Source of the DNA: a virus
Lineage: Duplodnaviria > Heunggongvirae > Uroviricota > Caudoviricetes
Direction: 5' to 3' (one strand)
IMG/VR virus record: IMGVR_UViG_3300014038_000199
Length of the DNA stretch: 64,000 nt
Part shown: positions 1 to 9,703 of the stretch, piece by piece
Layout of the letters: every line of letters starts with the position of its first letter
Numbering within the stretch: the first letter of the stretch is position 1
Notes under the pieces: model-generated
Seen by the model: only the letters and a program-made list of their open reading frames with translations
What the model was told of the DNA's origin: nothing
Databases searched by the model: none
Program-made: the position numbers and the translations under genes

Positions 1-1
1 T

Positions 2-1336
2 ACTATTATAATTTTACTATCCAGTTCGTCTAGCAATAAGTTATTTGATTATTACAGTTCAGTTAAGGATTTAATACTTAACAGAAACAGGATAATTTTA
101 TTAATAGATGAGCATAATTCAAATATAGATAAGCAAATAGCAATGTTAATGGTTTCTTATGGAAAATATGATATTTACAGAATATCTGATATAAATGATA
201 TAGATACAGGTTATATGGAAACTATAATCTCAAGGCAACCTACAAGAGAAGAAATAGAGCAGTTTATAGGTTGTGATGTATCAATGTATGATAAGATTAA
301 TTCTGTGTTATCAGAGATGTGTAAGTTATTTAATGATACCAATGAATTAAGTTCATTCATAGCTTCAAATTTAGAATTATTAGAAAATACTGTTAATGTA
401 TTAGACTATTTGAAAGTGTCTTCTGATAATTCAGCTACAGCTTTAATAAAGGTTAAAGATAAGCTTACAAAAGAGTTAGAAAAGATGACAACTGATTATC
501 AAATAACCGATTCTAAGCTAAAAGAGAGTAATTCAACTGTTAATAAGTTAACTTTACAGTTAAGTGATTTGAAAAATGAAGCAGCCAACTACAAAAAAGA
601 ATTAGAGAAACATGGTAATTCTGGAACGGCACCTACTATTTTAAGTTATAGTACAATAAATACCAATACTTTGAACCATAGTACAAAGGCTGTTATTTAT
701 TTTAAGGAAATAGGCAAGCTAAGATACATAAATACATTTGTTTTGTGCTTATATAATCTAATAAAGCTCAAAGTAAAAGTAAATGTAAAGTTATTAATTT
801 ATGATACAATTATAGGTTTAGGAACTTATAAGCCATTAACACATACAGATAAACGCCAATACAATGAAAGAAAGGGTAGTTTTACTGATGTGCATAAGAA
901 TGAAAAATTAGTAATTACTGAGCCTTCTAGTGATATACTTAGCGATATGTTAAGTTCAGGTGTGGACATACTGATTATTTATGATAGGCTAGGTGTGAAT
1001 AAAGATTTAATCAATGGTGCTGTAGTTTACAAGTACAATGTTGTAGGTAGCATGAATGACTATAAGGCATTGAAAAACTTAGATACTGGTTTATCAGATG
1101 ATTATATAATCGGACCTCCCCATGTAAGTAACAACATTATAGGTTTGCCTGATTTTTCAGTTGAAGTAATGAATAAAGTAAGAAGTAGTCCATCTTATAA
1201 AGATTCAAGCAGAAATGATGTTAATTCAACTTTACTTTCAAGTTATGCTCAGTTAAAAAATCCATGTAGAAATGGTGAGGTTATAATGGATTGCATATTA
1301 AATAGAATTAATGCAAGTAGTATAAGTAGGAGGTAA
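2..1336 (+). CDS. Hypothetical protein with central coiled coil; 5'-partial
   Basis: The frame of ORF 143..1336 is open back to position 2. Heptad-rich segment (LIKVKDKLTKELEKMTT...LKNEAANYKKELEK). Stop lies 8 nt before the VirB4-like gene. Confidence 0.75.
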   Translation, partial: TIIILLSSSSSNKLFDYYSSVKDLILNRNRIILLIDEHNSNIDKQIAMLMVSYGKYDIYRISDINDIDTGYMETIISRQPTREEIEQFIGCDVSMYDKINSVLSEMCKLFNDTNELSSFIASNLELLENTVNVLDYLKVSSDNSATALIKVKDKLTKELEKMTTDYQITDSKLKESNSTVNKLTLQLSDLKNEAANYKKELEKHGNSGTAPTILSYSTINTNTLNHSTKAVIYFKEIGKLRYINTFVLCLYNLIKLKVKVNVKLLIYDTIIGLGTYKPLTHTDKRQYNERKGSFTDVHKNEKLVITEPSSDILSDMLSSGVDILIIYDRLGVNKDLINGAVVYKYNVVGSMNDYKALKNLDTGLSDDYIIGPPHVSNNIIGLPDFSVEVMNKVRSSPSYKDSSRNDVNSTLLSSYAQLKNPCRNGEVIMDCILNRINASSISRR

Positions 1337-1344
1337 TATAGTTT

Positions 1345-3372
1345 ATGGGTAAAAAGAAGAAAACAGGTAGTAAGTTAGATATGTATGATATAATATTTGC
1401 TAACCTGTTTGCTGGTACTTCTATAATAGAGCCTGAAAAGGAATTAGATAGGAGTCATATAGATATAGGTTTTTCAAATATAGCCTCTGAAAAATACATA
1501 TTAAAGTATTTCTTAATAACTGGATTGCCTGACTGGTTAGATTTTCAGTTGTTTGACAATCTAAGAAGAAATATAATGGCACCTGGCATAAGGGTTAACT
1601 TTTATACCTATGGAGAGCCTTATAGAATAAACTGGGAGTCCTCTGAAATGAAAAACAGATTAAGAATTTGGGAGGGTTATACTTCTGATTCTGGTAAAAA
1701 AGATGTCAGTGGACTTAATTACCGTCTAAGAAGAAAGGATATTATAGCAAAAGAAAGAATTTTAGAGTCAACTATGTATTTGAACAGGGCTGAATTAGAT
1801 TACAGGAGAAGATTAATAAAGACAAGTTTTTTAATTGAGGTAGCATGTTTAAGAGATTCTGAGTCCTTAGAGTATATGGTTGAAAGTATTAATGCATTAA
1901 AGAGATATTGCATTGAAAAAGAGATTAAGTTACTTGAGTTAAGGGTTAATATGATAGATTGGCTTCAGCAATTATGGATATTCTCCTTAAGAAGTATAAA
2001 AGAAGTTTATAGGAGAGTATCAAAAAAGATATTAACTGATGATATAGTAGCTAATTTCAGTTCTTACAAGCAAGGTCGCCTAGGAGAAGAAGGAGTGCCA
2101 TTAGGTTTAGATGTAAACAGTGGTACTTTGGTACTTAAAAAATTTAAGGCTAATCCTGATGCAGCTGAAAATATTTTAATAGCTGGTGGTACAGGTTCTG
2201 GAAAAAGCTTAAAGACAAAAGATTTAATATGTTGGTTAAGTGTAGACAATGTTATAACTGTTATCGACTATGATGATGAGTATAAAAATTTAGCCAACTT
2301 TATATGTGATGGAAACTCAAAAGATGCTATTACAATAAGCATGGGAAAGGGCAGTACAAGTTACTTTGACCCTATGGAAATAGGAGATTTAACTGGAGAT
2401 TCAGACATAGATGCTTCATTAAAAGAAAATGCAATGAAGTATACAATGGCAACATTTAATTTAATGATAGCTGGAGTAGATAGACAGTTGGATATGTGGG
2501 AAGAATCTGTAATAAGTACAGCTATCAAGAATGTTTATGAGAATAACTCAGTTACTGATGATAATACTACATGGAGTTTATCTAGAGGATGTAAGCTAGA
2601 GGATGTTTATGAGGAACTTAGGTTAATGGTAGTAAGACAAGAGTTTGTTGATGATAACATGGATAATGTTAAGCATAAAGCTGCTGTAAATGCTTTAGAG
2701 GCTTGTAAGAAATTCTTTGAAGTTGGAGAAGCTTATTATGGAACTTTCAAAAGCCCTATAAACATCAGAGATATTAGAGATGCAAGATTTATAGTATTTA
2801 GTTTCAGTAGTAACAGTACAGCGAATCAAGAAAATCCTGTTTTAGTTGGATTAAGGCAATTAAGTGTAGCTAATCTAAGTAGTTTAATTTCAAATTACTG
2901 TAAATATGTAAGGCATAGCTTTAATGTTAAAGTTTGGGAAGAGTATAATCGTTTCGGTTTAGTTAAAGGTAGTGCTGAAATAATAGGAGATGCAATTACT
3001 GGTGGGCGTAAGCGTGGAGATATAAATTTGCTTATCACAAATGATTTAAGTAACATCTTGGATGAAACAAATCCTATAAGTGCTAGATTAGAGCAAAACT
3101 TTACAGGTTATATTATAGGGAGTATACCTAGTGATAACATAAGAGAAAAGTTTTGTAATAAGTTTAACATACCAGAAATGATAGAGCCTTTAAGAAGAAT
3201 TTATAAAGCTAATGGAAAAAAGAGTAAATTCAGCAAAGCAAGAGAAAGTCAATATAAGCATGCTTTTTGTGTTATAATGACTGAAACTGGTGAGAAAGCA
3301 ATAGTTAAATCTTCATTACCAAAAGAGATATTGGATTCAAAATTATTCAGAACCGGAGTAGAAAAGAAGTAA
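1345..3372 (+). CDS. VirB4/ConE/TraE-like ATPase (conjugation/secretion)
   Basis: Walker A GGTGSGKS preceded by PLG...N.LIAG, then VIDYDDEY, FDPM, Walker B-like VWEEY and GGRKRG (arginine-finger-like). This is the HerA/FtsK-superfamily VirB4 layout. Confidence 0.75.
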   Translation: MGKKKKTGSKLDMYDIIFANLFAGTSIIEPEKELDRSHIDIGFSNIASEKYILKYFLITGLPDWLDFQLFDNLRRNIMAPGIRVNFYTYGEPYRINWESSEMKNRLRIWEGYTSDSGKKDVSGLNYRLRRKDIIAKERILESTMYLNRAELDYRRRLIKTSFLIEVACLRDSESLEYMVESINALKRYCIEKEIKLLELRVNMIDWLQQLWIFSLRSIKEVYRRVSKKILTDDIVANFSSYKQGRLGEEGVPLGLDVNSGTLVLKKFKANPDAAENILIAGGTGSGKSLKTKDLICWLSVDNVITVIDYDDEYKNLANFICDGNSKDAITISMGKGSTSYFDPMEIGDLTGDSDIDASLKENAMKYTMATFNLMIAGVDRQLDMWEESVISTAIKNVYENNSVTDDNTTWSLSRGCKLEDVYEELRLMVVRQEFVDDNMDNVKHKAAVNALEACKKFFEVGEAYYGTFKSPINIRDIRDARFIVFSFSSNSTANQENPVLVGLRQLSVANLSSLISNYCKYVRHSFNVKVWEEYNRFGLVKGSAEIIGDAITGGRKRGDINLLITNDLSNILDETNPISARLEQNFTGYIIGSIPSDNIREKFCNKFNIPEMIEPLRRIYKANGKKSKFSKARESQYKHAFCVIMTETGEKAIVKSSLPKEILDSKLFRTGVEKK

Positions 3373-3568
3373 AGCTTATAAAATTCACTTATGAATAGCC
3401 TATACAAAAATTTGGTGTACTTTGGGTAGATTTTTAGCTCAAATAAAAATCAAAATTTTGTTAGATTAAATTTATATAGGAAGTTATAATTTTTAATTCT
3501 TTTATAAAAAATTAGTACTTTCAAAAATTTTTTATAGAGCATTTCAGAAAAATTTAGATGCATTACTA

Positions 3569-3580
3569 GAACAAATGTTT
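3569..3580. promoter_or_regulatory. Putative LexA (SOS) box
   Basis: GAACAAATGTTT fits the Firmicutes GAAC-N4-GTTY consensus and lies in the intergenic region upstream of the FtsK-like operon. Confidence 0.45.
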
Positions 3581-3704
3581 GGTAAAAAATGAATGGAATT
3601 TTTTAATTAATTTTTGGGTGGGGGTCAAGATTAGGTCAAGTTTGGTATGAAAGTTTATACGGAATTTTTGAGATAAGGGGATTTTATGATAAGGAGATAG
3701 GGTT

Positions 3705-3854
3705 TTGTATATAATAATATTTATTTTAATGGCTGTTATAGCTTATATCAATGCTTTCAAAGATGAATTTAATGCAGAGGATTTAGCTGGAGCAAGTTTA
3801 ATTACTATTACTTTGATAGTGGTTATGGTTGTAACAGTTATAGTAACTGTGTAG
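3705..3854 (+). CDS. 49-aa two-TM microprotein (not in ORF track)
   Basis: AAGGAGA RBS, TTG start, MYIIIFILMAVIAYINAFKDEFNAEDLAGASLITITLIVVMVVTVIVTV. Stop lies 9 nt before the FtsK-like gene. Confidence 0.7.
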   Translation: MYIIIFILMAVIAYINAFKDEFNAEDLAGASLITITLIVVMVVTVIVTV

Positions 3855-3863
3855 GGGGTTTAT

Positions 3864-6143
3864 ATGGATTTTGAAGATGTTGGAAGTGCAATAGAAAATG
3901 CTAGAAATCAACCTGATTTTGAGGCTGATTTTGGAGATGATTCTGGTTTAGGAGATTTTGAGTTCGATAGTTTACCAGCTTTGGGAGATGGCTTTGATAC
4001 TGGTGGTGGATTAGGTGAAGATACGAGTTTTGGAAACTCAGGCTTTGGTGGTTTTGGTGGCTTTGATGGTATGGGAGAGAATACTTTAGGTGGAATGCAA
4101 TTTAATCAACCCATGGGTCAACAAGAACAAAAAAAGAGTTGGGATGAGTCTTTAGGAGATGCTTTTGCTTCTAGTTTAGGCAGTAGTGGTAAGGTTATAA
4201 AAACATTATTTTCTTCTATAAAAAATAGAGTAGCAGACGATTGGGCTTTATTTTCAAATAACTTATTAATTTATAGTGGAGTACTTACTGGGGTAAGTTT
4301 AGCTATATGGATTATAAGTATACTAATTAGAATGCCTATTAGATTTGGTGGATTACCCTTGAACTCTCTTTTATCTGCTGGTTTAGGAAGTGGTAGTTCC
4401 ATTATTATTTTAAGTGGTATAGCTGGTTTTGTAACTAGAACTAATGATACTAACAGTAAAATAAGTCCAACAACTTTACCTGAAGTAGATAATGATGTAG
4501 AAACAGATGATTTATTTGGAGATTTTGAGGATTCAACAGATGAAGAAGATACTGACGATTATGAAGATGATATAACATCTTTATTAGATGATATTTATTC
4601 AGATAACGATTCAGAAGAAGATGAAGAGGACAGTTACTCTTCTGGAGGATATTCTGATGACTCTAATTCTGGTGGGGATATATTTTCTCGAATGATGAAT
4701 AATTATAATTCCAGTAATGATAGGACAGCGGATATATCTGATTCAGTACCCTCTGATGTACCTATGGTGAATAGAGATTTTTTAATAAGCTTATTCAAGG
4801 GCAAGCTATTATCTAAAACTCCAGATTTTACTAGAGTAGAGCATATAGAGGCTGGTGAAACTAGGTTCAAAGATGCAGAGGAACTTTTAATATCCTCTTA
4901 TGCGGCGGCTGCTGGTAAAGAGGTAGAAGATGTAGCAACTAAAGTTTATTTGGACTCTATGACAGAGAACCTATTTTCTTATGACTTTAAGATGAAAAGG
5001 TCTAATTCAGTTAAGGTCAATGAGGATAAGTTCAGAGATGAGTTAGAGGCTTTCTTTAAGTCTGATGACATAGATGATAACAACCCTGATGCTGGCTTAG
5101 TTAATGCTACTGTGACAAAGGAAAAGGATAAGTTTAGGATTATCATAACAAAGCCTAATATGAAAGAAATTATAGGTATAGGCGACTGTTTACAAAGAGA
5201 TGAGGTGGATAAGTTTTTCAGAAATGAAAAGAATGCCTTTCCTGTTGTTGTAGGTATTACTGAAAGAGGAGTACCAATACTGAGAGATTTTAAGATATTC
5301 AATTCTTATATGATAGCAGGTAAGCAAAGGTCAGGTAAGTCTTGGTATGTAACAAGTACCGTTATGCAGTTACAAATGTTTAATACACCTGAGGATGTTC
5401 AGTTTATTTATATAGACCCTAAAGAGAGTTATATGTTCAAGAGTTTAGCATTAATGCCACATTGTTGTGGATTGCATAATCATATTCATGTACTTGACAT
5501 TTTACAGGATATAATAGATAAAGAGGCTCCTAGAAGAAAGAAGTTATTAAAAGATAACAAGTGTGAAACAATATGGGCATTAAGGGAAAAGGGAATAAGA
5601 CTTCCCATACTTTATATTGTTATAGATGAGTATATGACAATAGATAGTTACCTTAAAGAAAGAGTAAGTACACTTAAAGACCAGATGAATACTATAATGT
5701 CGCAGTTTCCATCTATAGGAATAAGGCTAATGTTTATTCCGCATAGAGCACAGGGAGTTGTAGACAAAACGGCAAGAACATTGATAGACTTAGCCGCAGC
5801 TGTCAAGACTGAACAAAGCGTTGTAGAAGAAACCATAGATACTAAGAAATGGACTAGAAAACTTACAATGCCTGGTGATATCGGTATAAGGATGGGTTCT
5901 GAAATAATGTATATCAGAGGACCTGTTTTTGAAACTTCTGATGAAAAGACAATAGAGTTTATAACTCAAATAGCAAAGAGCTTTTATAAGATGGGAGTAG
6001 ACATACCAGATATGACAAGTATGGGTTGCGGATATAATAGGAACGAGTCTAAAATTAAGAGTGAACTAGAATTAACTGGAGATAACTCATCCAGAGTACA
6101 GTATGATGCTAATACTTTAAATGCAGATTTAGACAACTTATAG
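3864..6143 (+). CDS. Membrane-anchored FtsK/SpoIIIE-family ATPase (TcpA/ConQ-like coupling protein or DNA translocase)
   Basis: Two N-terminal hydrophobic segments and an acidic linker, then Walker A AGKQRSGKS, IDPK, Walker B IVIDE and the C-terminal L..PGD motif. Confidence 0.85.
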   Translation: MDFEDVGSAIENARNQPDFEADFGDDSGLGDFEFDSLPALGDGFDTGGGLGEDTSFGNSGFGGFGGFDGMGENTLGGMQFNQPMGQQEQKKSWDESLGDAFASSLGSSGKVIKTLFSSIKNRVADDWALFSNNLLIYSGVLTGVSLAIWIISILIRMPIRFGGLPLNSLLSAGLGSGSSIIILSGIAGFVTRTNDTNSKISPTTLPEVDNDVETDDLFGDFEDSTDEEDTDDYEDDITSLLDDIYSDNDSEEDEEDSYSSGGYSDDSNSGGDIFSRMMNNYNSSNDRTADISDSVPSDVPMVNRDFLISLFKGKLLSKTPDFTRVEHIEAGETRFKDAEELLISSYAAAAGKEVEDVATKVYLDSMTENLFSYDFKMKRSNSVKVNEDKFRDELEAFFKSDDIDDNNPDAGLVNATVTKEKDKFRIIITKPNMKEIIGIGDCLQRDEVDKFFRNEKNAFPVVVGITERGVPILRDFKIFNSYMIAGKQRSGKSWYVTSTVMQLQMFNTPEDVQFIYIDPKESYMFKSLALMPHCCGLHNHIHVLDILQDIIDKEAPRRKKLLKDNKCETIWALREKGIRLPILYIVIDEYMTIDSYLKERVSTLKDQMNTIMSQFPSIGIRLMFIPHRAQGVVDKTARTLIDLAAAVKTEQSVVEETIDTKKWTRKLTMPGDIGIRMGSEIMYIRGPVFETSDEKTIEFITQIAKSFYKMGVDIPDMTSMGCGYNRNESKIKSELELTGDNSSRVQYDANTLNADLDNL

Positions 6144-6153
6144 GAGAAAAAGC

Positions 6154-7500
6154 ATGGTTATAGAGGAATATAAAGTTAGTTTATTAGAAATAGAAACAGC
6201 ATTAGATTTAGTTGATAACAATAAAATGTTATCCACTTATTATGCAAGTAAGCCTAATGTAAGTTTAGATTTAATTGAGGGAGCTTTAGAGTTTTTGAAT
6301 AATAATATTGAAACAAACTTAGAAGAAGATTTTGATGAAACAGAGGACTCTGATGATATAGATATTGACTTAGGTGAAGAAGAGGATGACCTAGAAGAAG
6401 ATGACTTAGAAGAGAATGACATAGAAGAAAATGAAGATGATGACATAGATATTGATTTAGAGTATGAAGATGACCTAGAAGATTCTGATGATATAGATAC
6501 TGACTTAGAAGAAGAGGATGAAATAGACATTGACTTAGAAGAGGATGACTTAGAAGAGGATAACTTAGGGGATTCTGATAGTGTAGATATTGATTTAGGA
6601 GAAGAAGATGATGAAATAGATATTGACCTAGAGGAAGATGAAGATGACATAGAAGATTCTAATGATATAGATGTTAATTTAGAATCTGACCTAGAAAATT
6701 CTGATGAAATAGACATTGACTTAGATGATGCCCTAGAGGATGATATAGATAACAATGAAGAAGATGAAGATGATGAAATAGACATTGATTTAGAAGATGA
6801 TGACAGTGAAGATACTGTAGATATTGAATTAGACAATGAAGAAGATGAGCTTGAAGATGCTATAGACATAGATTTAGAAGAAGATGGCTTAGATAATGGG
6901 GAAGATATAGATATTAACCTAGAGGAAGAAGATGATATAGACCTAGAAGAAGATGATGATACAGATGTTGACCTAGGGAAAGAAGATGATATAGATATCG
7001 ACCTAGAAGATAAATCAATTTTAACTAATTCCAAAAAGAATGAAGTATTAGATAATAGTGCAAATAGTAAAATTAAAAATGCACTTGAAAGAGTAAAAGA
7101 AGTCAATGTTAGTAGCGTTCATAATAGAGAGTTAAAGGATAGCAAAGTAGTTTATACGGAGAATACAAGCAAAAATGTTTATCCTGTTTCAAGTAATATA
7201 AATGTAAAGCAGTTAAATCTAAATAATGATAAATTAAATGTTGCCAGTGTTACTGAAGATGTTAATAGGGTAAATAATATTAATCAAATTGTTTCTGTTA
7301 AGAAAAGAAATTATGACTCTTTATCTACAGATAAACTATATAATTTTGTAGCTCTGTATATGAAAAAGCATGGAGTTAAAGACTCTGGAGTGAGCAAAGC
7401 ATTGCTTACTGAAGAATTTGGGGTTAACAATATTAAAAAATTGATTAATAAATCATATTTAATACAATTATATGATGGTACTTTAACATTTAATAGATGA
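6154..7500 (+). CDS. Hyper-acidic low-complexity protein with repeated D(I/V)D(I/L)DL-E/D motifs and a small basic C-terminal domain
   Basis: About 230 residues of D/E runs punctuated by IDIDL. RBS AGGAG. Confidence 0.8.
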   Translation: MVIEEYKVSLLEIETALDLVDNNKMLSTYYASKPNVSLDLIEGALEFLNNNIETNLEEDFDETEDSDDIDIDLGEEEDDLEEDDLEENDIEENEDDDIDIDLEYEDDLEDSDDIDTDLEEEDEIDIDLEEDDLEEDNLGDSDSVDIDLGEEDDEIDIDLEEDEDDIEDSNDIDVNLESDLENSDEIDIDLDDALEDDIDNNEEDEDDEIDIDLEDDDSEDTVDIELDNEEDELEDAIDIDLEEDGLDNGEDIDINLEEEDDIDLEEDDDTDVDLGKEDDIDIDLEDKSILTNSKKNEVLDNSANSKIKNALERVKEVNVSSVHNRELKDSKVVYTENTSKNVYPVSSNINVKQLNLNNDKLNVASVTEDVNRVNNINQIVSVKKRNYDSLSTDKLYNFVALYMKKHGVKDSGVSKALLTEEFGVNNIKKLINKSYLIQLYDGTLTFNR

Positions 7501-7512
7501 TAGGAGACATTA

Positions 7513-9579
7513 ATGAAAAAAGTTAGAATAATTGTTGTACCTGTTATAAGTAGTTTATTAGTAACTGCTTGTGGTTCTTATGATTACAGTAAGGTACCTT
7601 ATGAGCCATTTCTTACTAGACAAGAGGCTGTAGATTATTACTCTAATCAAATGAGTTATGACCGTATAGTCAAAAGAAGTGCAGTAAAATCAGGTAAGAT
7701 AGAGTGGAATAAAGTTCCTGATAATGTAGCTGATAAACTTTGGGCTGAAACATCTAAAGTTATAACGACTCATCAATTAAACCAAGGATATGAGGGCGAG
7801 ATGACAAGATATATGCATGATTATCTTAAATTGACTTTAGATGGTTTGGTTTTAGAAGAACCTGATGGTGGTTTTACATATACTGAGGCAGAGAACAGAG
7901 GTTATTATTTTGTAACTGTAGATTTTAAGACTAAGCTAAACAAGTTAGGTAGCTTAAAAGGCGAAGCAAACTATGTAGGAATAAACGGGGCGATAATAGA
8001 TAACACTGTAGATGGAACTATAGAAGTACCTGTATTAAATACAGGTTATATGACTTCTGCATTAGCTAAAATGAATGAATACAGAGAAAAGAACAGGTTA
8101 AATCCATATCCTGAGTATGGAGATTCTTTTACTAACAGTTCCAGTGATGAGGGAGTAATTGAAACTATAGATGCTTCGGATGCTGAGGGAAATACAGTTA
8201 TAGAAGAGGCTAATACAGACGAAAACAATTCAGAAACAGAACAAGCTTTAGATGAAAATGGAAATCCTATAGAAAATACAACCAGTAATTTAGACACTGA
8301 TACAGATACAAGTGATTATGAATACACTGATAATAAAGAAGAGGCTATTAATAATAGCTATGCTAATAATATAAGGCAGTTAGTTTACAATGTTAAAGAG
8401 TTTAATAAGGTAGTAGGAAGTAGTAATGAACAAATGGCAGCGGTACCATACATAGACATGGTTTATGAGCCTGTAGAACCTATAGGAAGTTTATCAGGAT
8501 ACGGAGTATTTTCTGAGGGTTCTTATGGGTTAAGGGATTTTGGTTATGACAGAGAAAAATACGGTACTGGAAATATAAAAATAACATTTGTATTTAAGCA
8601 AAACTCTCAAAAGAGAGATAAATTTGACTATAGCTATTGTTATATAAATGAATACACTACTAACATACAAATGGAAGATAAGAACATTACTCAATCCAGT
8701 TATATAGATGGTGCTATAGATATAGCTATAGAAAGAGCGGATAGGGCTATTATAGATAAAGACTCCTCAGCTTTAATGGGAAAAGGAATATTTGAGCCTT
8801 CTGATTTAGGCTTAAGAGAACTAACATTAAGAAATTCAAGTAATATGTTATCTTTTATGACTAAAAGGGTTAAGACTTTAGACAGAAAGGATAAAGAGTA
8901 TTTAGTAGAGTTAGAAAGGACATCTGAAAGTTCTCCAAGAGGATTAGGTAACACTGCAAAATATAAGGATAAATATTATGCAGTTATAAGACAAGATGGT
9001 GTTGATTTTAAGATAAATGATATAGTTTGGGTAAGTAGAACTCTTGAGAGAATACCTGAACCAGACGGAGATGATAGCATAACAAGAAGATTAACCTCAT
9101 TAAACTTATCTGGCGAGGTTACAGACCAAGCTAAGGCTGAAATAACTGAAATGATGTCTAAGTTAGCTGCTGGTATAAATGGCAGAATTGCAAGTGATAA
9201 GGTAGGAGAAGATGGAACTCCTGTATATGGAATTTATAGCAGATTCGATGAGGATAAAGCTTTATTAAGTACAGAAAAGGGAGAGTACTTAAAGTCAAAA
9301 CTTCTTACAAGGATGAACAAATACGGTTCTGATAGGGGAGTTAGTGTAAATATTAAGTTTACTGAGTGGTTAGGTGGATACAATGACAAAGTAGAATTTG
9401 AGGTAGAAGAACTCTACTTATATGATGGCATAGATAAAGGTGTTTATGTGAAAAATTATTATTTAGTATCTCATTACGGTTCTGAGTGGGTAATTGATGA
9501 TATAGTTCCTATAGATGAAAAAGAAGTAAGCGGAGCAGATTTAGAGCAATATAAATCTGTTATGGGTACTAAGAATTAA
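7513..9579 (+). CDS. Large lipoprotein
   Basis: MKKVRII + hydrophobic stretch + lipobox LVTAC. RBS AGGAG. Confidence 0.8.
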   Translation: MKKVRIIVVPVISSLLVTACGSYDYSKVPYEPFLTRQEAVDYYSNQMSYDRIVKRSAVKSGKIEWNKVPDNVADKLWAETSKVITTHQLNQGYEGEMTRYMHDYLKLTLDGLVLEEPDGGFTYTEAENRGYYFVTVDFKTKLNKLGSLKGEANYVGINGAIIDNTVDGTIEVPVLNTGYMTSALAKMNEYREKNRLNPYPEYGDSFTNSSSDEGVIETIDASDAEGNTVIEEANTDENNSETEQALDENGNPIENTTSNLDTDTDTSDYEYTDNKEEAINNSYANNIRQLVYNVKEFNKVVGSSNEQMAAVPYIDMVYEPVEPIGSLSGYGVFSEGSYGLRDFGYDREKYGTGNIKITFVFKQNSQKRDKFDYSYCYINEYTTNIQMEDKNITQSSYIDGAIDIAIERADRAIIDKDSSALMGKGIFEPSDLGLRELTLRNSSNMLSFMTKRVKTLDRKDKEYLVELERTSESSPRGLGNTAKYKDKYYAVIRQDGVDFKINDIVWVSRTLERIPEPDGDDSITRRLTSLNLSGEVTDQAKAEITEMMSKLAAGINGRIASDKVGEDGTPVYGIYSRFDEDKALLSTEKGEYLKSKLLTRMNKYGSDRGVSVNIKFTEWLGGYNDKVEFEVEELYLYDGIDKGVYVKNYYLVSHYGSEWVIDDIVPIDEKEVSGADLEQYKSVMGTKN

Positions 9580-9589
9580 TTTATATATC

Positions 9590-9626
9590 AAGGCTATTGC
9601 TTAGGCAGTAGCCTTTTTATTTTTTA
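9590..9626 (+). terminator. Rho-independent terminator
   Basis: AAGGCTATTGC-TTAG-GCAGTAGCCTT followed by a T tract. A second hairpin (AAAATAGGCTT/AAGCCTATTTT) follows at about 9632-9658. Confidence 0.75.
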
Positions 9627-9703
9627 TCTATAAAATAGGCTTTTAATAAGCCTATTTTTGTTTTTAATGCAAATTAGTATATTATATAAAATTAAGTTTT
9701 TAT

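Noticed and set aside
6240..7106. 288-aa Ser-rich minus-strand ORF
   Set aside because: It is the antisense shadow of the GAA/GAT-rich acidic gene, with no independent evidence.
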